Below, piece after piece: positions 1 through 8,818 of a DNA stretch of 32,000 nucleotides (the stretch's first letter is position 1; each line of letters opens with the position of its first letter). The translations under genes and the position numbers were made by a program. The stretch covers positions 600,001-632,000 of the forward strand of contig NZ_CP007496.1 in the NCBI RefSeq assembly GCF_000803625.1. Reading direction: 5' to 3'. Below the pieces are notes generated by a model. It searched no databases, had not been told where the DNA came from, and saw nothing but the letters and a program-made list of their open reading frames with translations. The stretch is from Candidatus Nanosynbacter lyticus. Lineage in GTDB: Bacteria > Patescibacteriota > Saccharimonadia > Saccharimonadales > Saccharimonadaceae.

Positions 1-1
1 T

Positions 2-361
2 TTATTTTGGCAGTATATGCGACCAGTGGAGACAAACAATCAACCAAATAAAACCGTGGCAGCAACACTAGCGAAGCACTTCGGCTCGGTGAAAGCATTT
101 CAAGAAGCTTTTACTAAGGCGGCTACGGGGCATTTTGGATCAGGCTGGGCGTGGTTAGTGCGAGATGATAGCGGCGTACTGTCGATTATGTCAACTGCAA
201 ATCAAGACAATCCCATTACTCACGGCCTAGTGCCGCTACTCGGACTTGACGTCTGGGAACATGCTTATTATCTACGTTATCAAAACCGCCGCGCCGAATA
301 TGTCGACGTCTGGTGGTCGGTAGTAGACTGGAATCGCCTGGCCGATACTATTACAACATAG
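2..361 (+). CDS. sod: Fe/Mn superoxide dismutase, C-terminal part (5' end outside window)
   Basis: Frame is open from base 2 (LFWQYMRPV...). Motifs [17 protein letters not shown] and [21 protein letters not shown] are typical of the Fe/Mn SOD C-terminal domain. Confidence 0.93.
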   Translation, partial: LFWQYMRPVETNNQPNKTVAATLAKHFGSVKAFQEAFTKAATGHFGSGWAWLVRDDSGVLSIMSTANQDNPITHGLVPLLGLDVWEHAYYLRYQNRRAEYVDVWWSVVDWNRLADTITT

Positions 362-388
362 TGACGTAAATCAGCGGCTACAATTCAT

Positions 389-422
389 AAAAATACCGCC
401 CCATTATTAGAGCGGTATTTTT
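389..422. terminator. Bidirectional intrinsic terminator between convergent sod and dnaK
   Basis: Perfect inverted repeat AAAAATACCGC...GCGGTATTTTT, 11 bp stem, A/T tracts on both sides. Confidence 0.85.
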
Positions 423-438
423 TCATTGGCAGCGAGGA

Positions 439-2331
439 CTACTTCTTATCAACCACCTCGCCTTCGACTGGTTCGTCTTTGTCAGATTTTTTGTCGTCCT
501 TAGACTCATCAGTCTTGCTTTCCTCAGCGGATTGCTGGTACATTTTGGCACCGATTGGAATAATGGCGTCCTGCAAGGCCTTAGCTGCTGCTTCCAGCTC
601 GTCTTTGTCATCAGCGTCTTTATGCTTTTCCGCTTCCTTGACTGCTTCGTCAATCGCCTTTTTGTCGTCGTCAGAAATCTTATCTTTGAACTCATCCGGC
701 ATTTTCTTTGCCTGGTAGATGGCGTTTTCTAGCTGATTTTTAGCATCAACGGTTTCACGCTTTTTCTTATCTTCATCAGCGTGCAACTCAGCTTCTTTCT
801 GGGCTTTTTCAATATCTTCCTTACTCATGTTGCCAGAGTTTTGGATGGTAATCGATTGCTCCTTGCCAGTGCCCTTGTCCTTGGCAGTAACGTTGAGGAT
901 ACCATTCGCGTCGATATTGAACGTCACTTCAATCTGCGGCACGCCGCGCGGTGCTGGCGCGATACCGTCAAGCACGAAGCGACCCAAACTCTTGTTGTCA
1001 TTAGCGAATTCGCGCTCACCCTGCAAGACGTGGATCTCCACTTGCGGCTGATTGTCGGCAGCCGTCGAGAAGACTTCCGACTTACTGGTTGGTACGGTGG
1101 TATTGCGCTCGATCAGCTTGGTCGACACCCCACCCATTGTCTCAATACCAAGACTCAACGGCGTCACATCCAGCAGCAGCACGTCCTTGACGTCGCCTGC
1201 CAACACGCCGCCTTGAATAGCTGCACCGACAGCCACCACTTCGTCCGGGTTAACACCTTGCATTGGATCTTTACCGAACAACTTCTTCACTCGCTCAACC
1301 ACTGCTGGCATCCGGGTCATACCGCCAACCATAACGATTTCATTAACGTCAGATTTGGATAGTTTAGCGTCTTTGAGCGCCTTTTCGACTGGTATATCCA
1401 GGCGATCCAGCAAATCTTTTACCAAATCTTCCAACTTAGCCCGCGTCAGGCTCAGCTCAAAGTGCTTTGGCCCATCAGCATCAGCGGTAATGAACGGAAT
1501 GTTAACTTCATATTCAGTGACTGTCGACAGCTCCTTTTTGGCCTTTTCAGCTTCGTCCTTTAGTCGCTGCATGGCCGCATTGTCTTTGCGCAGGTCAATG
1601 CCTTCTTTAGACTTAAAGTCATCCAGGAAGTAGTTGACGATGACATTGTCAAAGTCCTCACCGCCCAGGTGGGTGTCGCCATTCGTCGCCTTCACCTCAA
1701 ACACGCCATCGCCGAGTTCCAAGATGGAAACGTCGAAGGTACCACCACCAAGGTCAAACACCACGATGGTTTCGTCATTTTTACCTTTTTCCAGACCGTA
1801 CGCCAGAGCAGCGGCCGTTGGCTCATTGATGATGCGCTTAACTTCCAGGCCAGCGATTTTACCAGCGTCTTTGGTTGCTTGACGCTGAGAATCGTCAAAG
1901 TAGGCTGGCACGGTGATAACCGCTTCAGTAACTTTTTCACCCAAGAATGCTTCAGCATCAGCCTTGATTTTGCTGAGGATCATGGCTGAAACTTCTTCTG
2001 GCGTGTATTCTTTGTCGCCCATTTCCACGGCCACACCAGTACCTTTTTTAACAATCTGGTACGGCATGATATCGAGGTCTTTCTGGACTTCCTTGTCAGT
2101 AAACTTACGACCAATCAAACGCTTGACACCGTAAATTGTATTCTTTGGATTGGTTACACGTTGGCGCTGTGCCACTTGCCCAACCAAGCGTTCACCCTTT
2201 TTATTAATCGCCACCACTGATGGCGTGGTACGGTTACCTTCGGCGTTAGCGATAACTTCTGGCTTACCTGCCAGCATGTACGCAAAGGCGCTATTCGTCG
2301 TACCGAGGTCAATTCCGATAATTTTACCCAT
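439..2331 (-). CDS. dnaK: Molecular chaperone DnaK (Hsp70)
   Basis: [19 protein letters not shown]..., [15 protein letters not shown] and [16 protein letters not shown]. The track ORF is 16 aa too long; the ATG at 2331 gives the canonical N-terminus. Confidence 0.98.
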   Translation of the reverse strand: MGKIIGIDLGTTNSAFAYMLAGKPEVIANAEGNRTTPSVVAINKKGERLVGQVAQRQRVTNPKNTIYGVKRLIGRKFTDKEVQKDLDIMPYQIVKKGTGVAVEMGDKEYTPEEVSAMILSKIKADAEAFLGEKVTEAVITVPAYFDDSQRQATKDAGKIAGLEVKRIINEPTAAALAYGLEKGKNDETIVVFDLGGGTFDVSILELGDGVFEVKATNGDTHLGGEDFDNVIVNYFLDDFKSKEGIDLRKDNAAMQRLKDEAEKAKKELSTVTEYEVNIPFITADADGPKHFELSLTRAKLEDLVKDLLDRLDIPVEKALKDAKLSKSDVNEIVMVGGMTRMPAVVERVKKLFGKDPMQGVNPDEVVAVGAAIQGGVLAGDVKDVLLLDVTPLSLGIETMGGVSTKLIERNTTVPTSKSEVFSTAADNQPQVEIHVLQGEREFANDNKSLGRFVLDGIAPAPRGVPQIEVTFNIDANGILNVTAKDKGTGKEQSITIQNSGNMSKEDIEKAQKEAELHADEDKKKRETVDAKNQLENAIYQAKKMPDEFKDKISDDDKKAIDEAVKEAEKHKDADDKDELEAAAKALQDAIIPIGAKMYQQSAEESKTDESKDDKKSDKDEPVEGEVVDKK

Positions 2332-2380
2332 ATGATTCCCCTTTCTATTATGATCACATCTGGTTTTTCTTATATCCATT

Positions 2381-2407
2381 TTAGCACTCTTTTATGTCGA
2401 GTGCCAA
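2381..2407. promoter_or_regulatory. CIRCE operator 1 (HrcA site), at/after the predicted dnaK +1
   Basis: TTAGCACTC-N9-GAGTGCCAA, one mismatch from the consensus TTAGCACTC-N9-GAGTGCTAA. Confidence 0.87.
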
Positions 2408-2414
2408 CTATTTC

Positions 2415-2443
2415 AGTATAAATAATTAGCACTCCCGTGTCAA
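2415..2443 (-). promoter_or_regulatory. Sigma-70-type dnaK promoter: TTGACA (2438-2443) - 17 bp - TATACT (2415-2420)
   Basis: Read on the minus strand; consensus -35, near-consensus -10, ideal 17 bp spacing. The -35 lies inside CIRCE 2. Confidence 0.85.
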
Positions 2444-2452
2444 GAGTGCTAA
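2426..2452. promoter_or_regulatory. CIRCE operator 2 (perfect), overlapping the dnaK -35
   Basis: TTAGCACTC-CCGTGTCAA-GAGTGCTAA, perfect 9-9-9 CIRCE. Confidence 0.97.
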
Positions 2453-2471
2453 TTCATTTTGTGACGACTAG

Positions 2472-2996
2472 TTATTTCTCTGATATGTCAGTATTTTCTT
2501 TGACATTCGTATGCGGCAGTTCCAATGACTGACGCGTAACTTTAACCATCGAATCACGAATAACGGAGCCATTCAGCGTATAGCCAGCTCGCAACTCCTC
2601 AGCAATCACTTCTTTATCACCTTCTGCCTCTTCGTCAAATTGAACCGCCTGATGTAATTCAGGATTAAACGGCGCACCAGGTTTAGCGTTAATTTTCTCG
2701 AGGCCGATTTCTTTGAGCTGTTTGTCGAGCTGCTTACTTAGACCAGCCACACCTTTCGCCCAAGCATTATCTGCTAATTCTTCTGGGACATTGGCAGTCG
2801 CCCGCTCAATCGTATCAATCACTGGTAATAGTTTCATCACCGACTTGGCCTGACCCATGTTGTGCGCTGACTGTTTTTCTGCCTCGACACGCTTGCGATA
2901 GTTCTCGAAATCCGCTCGCGTCCGCTGCAAATCTAGCGTCAGTTCACCCAATTGCTGCTCTAAATCTTCAGTTTTCTTAGTCTTACTTTTCGTCAT
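2472..2996 (-). CDS. grpE: Nucleotide exchange factor GrpE
   Basis: RTRADFENYRKRVEAEK...LLPVIDTIERA...FNPELHQAVQFDE...VNGSVIRDSMVKV-type sequence; GGAGGA Shine-Dalgarno before the ATG. Confidence 0.95.
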   Translation of the reverse strand: MTKSKTKKTEDLEQQLGELTLDLQRTRADFENYRKRVEAEKQSAHNMGQAKSVMKLLPVIDTIERATANVPEELADNAWAKGVAGLSKQLDKQLKEIGLEKINAKPGAPFNPELHQAVQFDEEAEGDKEVIAEELRAGYTLNGSVIRDSMVKVTRQSLELPHTNVKENTDISEK

Positions 2997-3005
2997 TTTT
3001 TCCTC

Positions 3006-3716
3006 CTACAACATTTCCTCCAGCATAGCGCCAGTTCGGCGCACCAGCTCCATCGTTCGACGGTAATTCTGCCGCGTCGGACCAATCACGCCGATGTAAC
3101 TATTATTACTAAACTGTGAACAAAACCTACTAATAATCAACGTCGCACCGGAACTTTTACCAATCGGGTTTTCGCTGCCGATAAATACATTCAACGGCTC
3201 ATTTGGCACCGCTTCACGTAGCCACCGCTCGATATTATCAATCAGCCGAGCAATCGCTTGCACGTGTCCGCCCTCGATAAATTCCGGTTGACTAAACAAC
3301 TGCGTCATACCATTCATATACAAATGTTCACCAAACGACGCAAAGCCGAAATTGCCCGTCAACTCCACCAGACTATCAACCGCACTGCGGATGGCTCGGT
3401 CAGACTTATCAACATGCGAGTTAACGTGCGCTTCGATCGCTCTCGCACTGCGATCGATGCCGCTTGGTAATTCTGTCATCTGAGCGTCAGTGATGCCATT
3501 GACATACACGCGGTATCCTTTATCCGTGGGAATTCGACCGGCGCTGGTGTGCGGCGCCTCAATAAAACCCATCTCTTCCAGCTTGGCCATTTCGCTACGG
3601 ATAGTAGCACTGGACACGCCGAATAATTTGGCTAACGTGACGCTACCAACTGGCGCGGCAATTTCCGCATATTGCTCAATAATCGCGACAAGAATCGCCT
3701 GTTGACGTTCGGTCAT
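3006..3716 (-). CDS. hrcA: Heat-inducible transcription repressor HrcA
   Basis: [72 protein letters not shown]. Start chosen at MTERQQ because it follows TATAAT-N6; the 3743 start of the track lies inside a CIRCE. Confidence 0.93.
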   Translation of the reverse strand: MTERQQAILVAIIEQYAEIAAPVGSVTLAKLFGVSSATIRSEMAKLEEMGFIEAPHTSAGRIPTDKGYRVYVNGITDAQMTELPSGIDRSARAIEAHVNSHVDKSDRAIRSAVDSLVELTGNFGFASFGEHLYMNGMTQLFSQPEFIEGGHVQAIARLIDNIERWLREAVPNEPLNVFIGSENPIGKSSGATLIISRFCSQFSNNSYIGVIGPTRQNYRRTMELVRRTGAMLEEML

Positions 3717-3722
3717 GACCTG

Positions 3723-3728
3723 ATTATA
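3723..3728 (-). promoter_or_regulatory. hrcA -10 box TATAAT, 6 nt from the ATG (leaderless)
   Basis: Minus strand TATAAT-CAGGTC-ATG. Confidence 0.65.
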
Positions 3729-3736
3729 ACTCATAC

Positions 3737-3763
3737 TTGGCACTCATACAAGTAGAGTGCTAG
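3737..3763. promoter_or_regulatory. CIRCE-like operator upstream of hrcA, over the -35 region
   Basis: TTGGCACTC-ATACAAGTA-GAGTGCTAG, CIRCE spacing with two substitutions. Confidence 0.85.
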
Positions 3764-3773
3764 AGTTTTAGTC

Positions 3774-5141
3774 CTATCGTCGCTCCGTAAAATAGCGCGC
3801 CGCATCTGAGGAAAACAGCATCATAATCATGATATGTACGCCGATTGAAGTTAGCAATAATACAGCTGAAGCATTAATCCTTCCGGTCGTCACCGACAAT
3901 GATTCAGTAATAATAGCAAGCATTGCCACCGCCAATAGTGAGATGCGCGCTCGATTACTACCCCGAAGCAGTAGCCCAACCAAGATAAACTCCACGATCA
4001 CCAATAGAATATTCAAGACGGCCATGATTGATAATGCCGTGTTGGCCAGATTGATGTCGATCTGCTCAATATTCGTAACCACCGCCAAGGTTTCCGTCCA
4101 GCTAGAAATATCAACCAAGGTTTGACCGACAGCAAACAGCGACGCCAATATCATCAAAACACTGCCAATCAAAATCTGCGGCGGCCGACGACTCCACAGC
4201 TCTTCCAGTAGCGTTTCGTGGTTGCGAGGACAGCGGTCATGAATTGTACCGTCCATAATAATCCCAAAACGCTTCAAGGTGGCAATAGGCTTATCAATCC
4301 TGACACGACCAACCTCCAGAATAGGCAAATCACCGTCAGTACGAATCAAATCACCGCTCCCATTACGCGAATGATAGCCTGTCGAAAAATCTTTCAAAAC
4401 TGTTACACGAATATACTTTTCGCTTTTTTTAACAGATTCGATAATGTAGTCTCTTTCAATATCAATATCTTCGTCAATTTTATGCGTCAACTGAAAGGTA
4501 AACAACGACAATCCGACACTTTTATCGTAAGAGCCAGCCGCCAACCAATCCACCCGATGACCACCCGGTAGCAGCCAACCATCTGGACAACGCCAGAATC
4601 GCACATGATGACGACGCCTTGGATTGCCATCAACTTCTTGTTGGTAAGCAAAATCTTGTCGCCGCCCAAACAAAAAAGCTGGCGAGACTGGGGCGTTAGG
4701 ATAACTACGCCCGCTTAATACGGTAAGGACCATCTTCCAAGCAGATCGCGGCGTAATGTCATCGGCCAGCACCCAGCCAGCCGCAGTCATAGCCTTATGC
4801 AACTTCTCTTCAGACCCACGCACACTCAGGTTGATAGGGTCGCTTAATATGCCGTCGGCAGTTCGGGTTCTACCAATAAAATAATTTGGCACATACATAT
4901 TGCTCAATATTCTATGTAGACGTGGCAGCGCCAGATAAGAAACAATTGCCCAAACCACAAAAAATAGACCAACCAGCCACCAGCCGCCCGTCGCCAAGCC
5001 CTCCCTAAACACCAGCCAGGCTAACCAAAACGACGCCAAGCCAGCAAAAATGAAAAACGATTGATCTAGCAGTATGGTGATGGTTTTTGATGACTGAGAG
5101 CCAATAGCTGCTATTTTCTTTGGGGTTTTTATTGAACTCAT
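3774..5141 (-). CDS. Multi-pass membrane protein of unknown function
   Basis: 455 aa ORF with two N-terminal and several C-terminal hydrophobic segments; preceded by TGATATAAT-N6-ATG. Confidence 0.85.
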   Translation of the reverse strand: MSSIKTPKKIAAIGSQSSKTITILLDQSFFIFAGLASFWLAWLVFREGLATGGWWLVGLFFVVWAIVSYLALPRLHRILSNMYVPNYFIGRTRTADGILSDPINLSVRGSEEKLHKAMTAAGWVLADDITPRSAWKMVLTVLSGRSYPNAPVSPAFLFGRRQDFAYQQEVDGNPRRRHHVRFWRCPDGWLLPGGHRVDWLAAGSYDKSVGLSLFTFQLTHKIDEDIDIERDYIIESVKKSEKYIRVTVLKDFSTGYHSRNGSGDLIRTDGDLPILEVGRVRIDKPIATLKRFGIIMDGTIHDRCPRNHETLLEELWSRRPPQILIGSVLMILASLFAVGQTLVDISSWTETLAVVTNIEQIDINLANTALSIMAVLNILLVIVEFILVGLLLRGSNRARISLLAVAMLAIITESLSVTTGRINASAVLLLTSIGVHIMIMMLFSSDAARYFTERR

Positions 5142-5848
5142 ATCTTAATTATATCATTGAGAAGACCCCGGGCCGCCAAACGAGCTTCGTCGTCCTGGCG
5201 CTTAAAAATATCACCCCGTAAAATAATTTCTTCGGTCACCCGAACAGCCCTATCCAAATCGTCATTGATAATCACGTGGTAATATGGCACCTCTAGCGCA
5301 TAAGTTAGTTCACTAATCGCCGACTGGCGGCGTTTTGGCCATTCGACTTGAAAATCCTCCTCGGTGGCGTAGCGTTTTTTGAGCCGCTCAATCCAAGTTT
5401 GATAATCTGGTGGCACAATAAAAATCGCGATACTCTCTGGAGCTAATCGCTCATATTCTTCCACGCCCTGCACGTCAACGTCAGTAATTGCTACACGATT
5501 CTGATCATGTGCTAATTTTAGCTCAGCCACTGACGTGCCATAAACTGTGCCGTGTACAAACTTAGCTTCAATAAATTCATTATTTTGTAGCATTTCCTCA
5601 GCTATTTTTTGATCAATAAAATGATAGTCGACGCCGTCCTGCTCGATAGATCCATTATTAACCCGCGGCGGACGCGTGGTGTGCGAAACGATGTCGCGAA
5701 ATTCCGGCAGCTTTAATAATCGTTTTTTTATCGTATCCTTACCAGCGCCAGAAATTCCCGCCAGCAGCGCAATCTTTGTGTCCCGCACTAACTGGATAGT
5801 TGATTCGGCTGGCTGATAATTGGTGATTAAACTTTCAATCTCAGACAT
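5138..5848 (-). CDS. gmk: Guanylate kinase-like protein
   Basis: P-loop AGISGAGKDT, VSHTTRPPR, GVDYHFID, FIEAKFVHGTVYGTS, ITDVDVQG, IFIVPP. Confidence 0.88.
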   Translation of the reverse strand: MSEIESLITNYQPAESTIQLVRDTKIALLAGISGAGKDTIKKRLLKLPEFRDIVSHTTRPPRVNNGSIEQDGVDYHFIDQKIAEEMLQNNEFIEAKFVHGTVYGTSVAELKLAHDQNRVAITDVDVQGVEEYERLAPESIAIFIVPPDYQTWIERLKKRYATEEDFQVEWPKRRQSAISELTYALEVPYYHVIINDDLDRAVRVTEEIILRGDIFKRQDDEARLAARGLLNDIIKI

Positions 5849-5930
5849 AATATTTATTTATGATAACTCATCCAACACCAATTGCCAATCAGGAAATTAA
5901 CCACCCACCAAATCAATTTCTATATAGGAA

Positions 5931-6893
5931 CTAATCCCTCTTCAACATCACCGTAAACGCTTCACTCGGAATGTCAACCTTGCCGAAGCGTTTCATGCGC
6001 TTTTTGCCGCGAGCCTGCTTGGCGAGGAGCTTCTTTTTGCGGCTGACGTCGCCGCCGTACAGATAGCCAGTAACGTCCTTACGGTAAGCACCAATGTTTT
6101 CACGGGCAATGAATCTGCCACCAATTGCCGCCTGCAACGCCACTTCAAAACTCTGACGCGGTACCACTTCTTTGAGTTTTTTGACAATCTCGCGGCCCAA
6201 GCCTGGCGCCTCCGAGCGATGGCACATCACGCTCAGCGCATCAACCATCTCGCCCGCCACATAAAAATCCACCCGCACCAAATCTTCCGGCTGATAGCCC
6301 GCCAGCTCATAATTAAATGAACCATAACCGCTGGTCACCGACTTCAATTGATCATAAAAATCCGTCAGCAAATTGGCCAGCGGTGCCGTAAAGGAAATCA
6401 GCGCCCGCTCATCGATGTAACTGAGATTTTTCTGCCGACCACGCTTGGCGACAATCAGCTGAATCACCGCACCGATATAGTCCTGCGGCACCACAATTTC
6501 GCCGTCAATCCACGGCTCGCGGACCTCAGTAATTTGTGCTGGGTCAGGTAACTCGCTGGCTGATTTAATATCCAGCTCCTCACCGTTCGTCAAACTAACT
6601 TGATAATCAGTACTCGGATTGGTGACAATGAGATCCAAATTATATTCGCGCTCCAGCCGCTCACGAATGATGTCCATATGAAGTAGCCCAAGAAAACCGA
6701 TCCGCACGCCGTAGCCCAGCACTGGCGAATTTTCCGGCTCAAACTGCAGCGCCGAATCGCTCAGGCTCAACTTTTCAATCGCCTCTTTAAGGTCATTATA
6801 ATCTTCGTTAGACACCGGGAAAAAGCCCGCATAGACAAAGGGCTTGACTTCTTTGTAGCCAGGGAGGGGCTGGATGACGATATTTTCAGTCAT
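5931..6893 (-). CDS. lepA: Elongation factor 4 (LepA), C-terminal half encoded as a separate ORF
   Basis: LPGYKEVKPFVYAGFFPVSNEDYNDLKEAIEKLSLSD...FEPE...GFLGLLHMDIIRERLEREY..., AFTVMLKRD region; corresponds to the LepA domains downstream of domain II. Confidence 0.93.
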   Translation of the reverse strand: MTENIVIQPLPGYKEVKPFVYAGFFPVSNEDYNDLKEAIEKLSLSDSALQFEPENSPVLGYGVRIGFLGLLHMDIIRERLEREYNLDLIVTNPSTDYQVSLTNGEELDIKSASELPDPAQITEVREPWIDGEIVVPQDYIGAVIQLIVAKRGRQKNLSYIDERALISFTAPLANLLTDFYDQLKSVTSGYGSFNYELAGYQPEDLVRVDFYVAGEMVDALSVMCHRSEAPGLGREIVKKLKEVVPRQSFEVALQAAIGGRFIARENIGAYRKDVTGYLYGGDVSRKKKLLAKQARGKKRMKRFGKVDIPSEAFTVMLKRD

Positions 6894-6904
6894 AACTATG
6901 TGTT

Positions 6905-6913
6905 ATTATATCA
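6905..6913 (-). promoter_or_regulatory. Extended -10 (TGATATAAT) upstream of the lepA C-terminal half
   Basis: Minus strand TGATATAAT-N11-ATG; an in-frame TAA lies 4 codons upstream of this ATG. Confidence 0.55.
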
Positions 6914-7005
6914 GCTCAGCGTTTTTATATAAACGCACAGTAAATCGCTTCTTGCACGCCTACTTATTCTCGGTAAATTATTCCTTGCGCATACTGCGGA
7001 CTAAT

Positions 7006-7476
7006 TTATAAATTCTCAAAAATCTTATGAGCTTGATTCTTGCCAATAGTCTGAATCAATTCAGCGTAGCCCATCCACCGACCACGTTTTGTCTTGTCAC
7101 GACGACAATCCTTCTCGTCAGTGATATCGCCCTTAACTATCGCATCAACATTACGCCAAGCAGTCCAAGGCATGTTATCGCTCAAAAAGCTATAATCTAA
7201 ATGAACATGATTTTCGTTGACTAGCTTATAATCTGACGATGAAAATCCGCGTGCATACAACTCGCGGAGAATAACGTCTGCCAGCTCGACAAAATTGTCA
7301 GCCGTAACGTATAAAAAGTCATCATATTCCTCACCGAGTTCGTATGATCGTCCATTTATAAAAGCACAATACAAATCATCATCGACAACTTTTTCATCCA
7401 GCCACACGCGGCGGTCGCGTGTTATCGGAATTACGCGGCATCTAATTTTCTCTGTAAAGTTTTTGAAGTTACTCAT
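7006..7476 (-). CDS. Hypothetical protein inside the sequence interrupting lepA
   Basis: Open ORF MSNFKNFTEKIRCRVIPITRDRRVWLDEK...; no family recognised. Confidence 0.6.
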   Translation of the reverse strand: MSNFKNFTEKIRCRVIPITRDRRVWLDEKVVDDDLYCAFINGRSYELGEEYDDFLYVTADNFVELADVILRELYARGFSSSDYKLVNENHVHLDYSFLSDNMPWTAWRNVDAIVKGDITDEKDCRRDKTKRGRWMGYAELIQTIGKNQAHKIFENL

Positions 7477-7551
7477 AATTGCTAACAACAGATATATCAA
7501 TACCTATTTCGTGCATTTTATTACATCTGTACCTTTCAATAATAGTATATA

Positions 7552-7866
7552 TTATTTCCACTGCCGCGTCTGGTTGATCTTGTGCTTCTCAAAATATACT
7601 TCCGCCAAATTGACGTCAAACCGATTTGCCAATTCCATCAAATAATTCAACACGTCCGCAAACTCCTCGCGCAGATTATCGTGATTGTCAGGCTTTTTCT
7701 TGCCCTTAAATCTCGTCTCTTTGCGAATTGCTTTCGCCAACTCGCCAACTTCCTCGGTAAACAATAAGAATACTTCGGTAACAGAATTTTTATACCATCC
7801 TTTTTATTTACACGTTTGATCGAGGTGTTTTTGTAATTCAGTTAAGCTGATTATTTGCGAGCTCGT
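7552..7866 (-). pseudogene. MazG-like nucleotide pyrophosphohydrolase remnant, interrupted by in-frame TAA
   Basis: Frame reads (ACG)SSQIISLTELQKHLDQTCK*KGWYKNSVTEVFLLFTEEVGELAKAIRKE...NLREEFADVLNYLMELANRFDVNLAEVYFEKHKINQ. Stop at 7804-7806. AAGGAG precedes an ACG where an ATG would be expected. Confidence 0.75.
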
Positions 7867-7888
7867 AGCTTTCTCCTTATTGCTAATT

Positions 7889-8818
7889 TTACTCAAAATA
7901 TTTCTTCAGCGTCACCGTATCACCCACCCGGGCTTCACGGGTAGTCTTCAAGTTGGTGACGATGTAGCCAATTTCGCCAGTATCGAGCGATAGGTCGGGA
8001 ATCATGCCGGGGCTGAGATGGCCAACTTCCAATGCTAAGCCATTTGCACCAGTCGCCATCATGTGGATTGATTCACCTTTTTTGATCTGCCCGTCAACCA
8101 CCCTGACATACAAAATCACCCCGCGGTAATCATCATAATAACTGTCGAAAATCAGTGCCCGGGTCGGATCATCTGGCTGACCAATTGGTGCCGGGATTCG
8201 CTCAACAATCGCCTCTAAAACCTGATCAATATTCTGCCCAGTTTTGGCAGAAATATGAATAATTTCGCTTTCATCGCAGCCCAGCAAATTGATCACCTGC
8301 TTGGATACTCGCGGCACATCGGCAGCTGGCAAATCAACTTTATTGAGCACCGGGATAATCGTCAAATCCTGCTCCATCGCCAAGTAAACATTCGCCAACG
8401 TCTGAGCCTGAATGCCCTGACTGGCATCAACCACCAACACCGCCCCCTCACAGGCCTGCAATGAGCGGCTAACTTCATAACTAAAATCAACGTGGCCAGG
8501 CGTATCGATAAGGTTGAGATCGTAATCTCCAGCTGGCGGTAATCCTTCCAATGAATCGATAGCCCTGTCGCTGGCGTTGTCTGCGACATTCGATTGAGAG
8601 GAAGCGGTTGCCGCTGGCTGACGGTAATGATATTTCATCCGCACCGGCGCCAATTTAATAGTAATACCTTTCTCACGCTCGAGATCCATCGAATCCAGCA
8701 GCTGCGATTTCATCTCGCGCTTCTCCACCGTCCCCGTCATCTCCATCATCCGGTCAGCCAGCGTCGATTTGCCGTGATCAATGTGAGCGATAATGCAAAA
8801 ATTACGAATATTCTCCAT
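7889..8818 (-). CDS. lepA: Elongation factor 4 (LepA), N-terminal GTPase + domain II half
   Basis: [29 protein letters not shown]...[16 protein letters not shown]...[33 protein letters not shown]; stops after [12 protein letters not shown]. Confidence 0.95.
   Translation of the reverse strand: MENIRNFCIIAHIDHGKSTLADRMMEMTGTVEKREMKSQLLDSMDLEREKGITIKLAPVRMKYHYRQPAATASSQSNVADNASDRAIDSLEGLPPAGDYDLNLIDTPGHVDFSYEVSRSLQACEGAVLVVDASQGIQAQTLANVYLAMEQDLTIIPVLNKVDLPAADVPRVSKQVINLLGCDESEIIHISAKTGQNIDQVLEAIVERIPAPIGQPDDPTRALIFDSYYDDYRGVILYVRVVDGQIKKGESIHMMATGANGLALEVGHLSPGMIPDLSLDTGEIGYIVTNLKTTREARVGDTVTLKKYFE

Noticed and set aside
479-2335. Many plus-strand ORFs opposite dnaK (781-1362, 1669-1989 and others)
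   Set aside because: Antisense shadows of a strongly conserved gene; no independent RBS or recognisable domain.
6894-7888. Intein in LepA
   Set aside because: Both LepA halves are bounded by stop or start codons, the insert is not one continuous frame, and no splice-junction Cys/Ser...His-Asn motif was seen.
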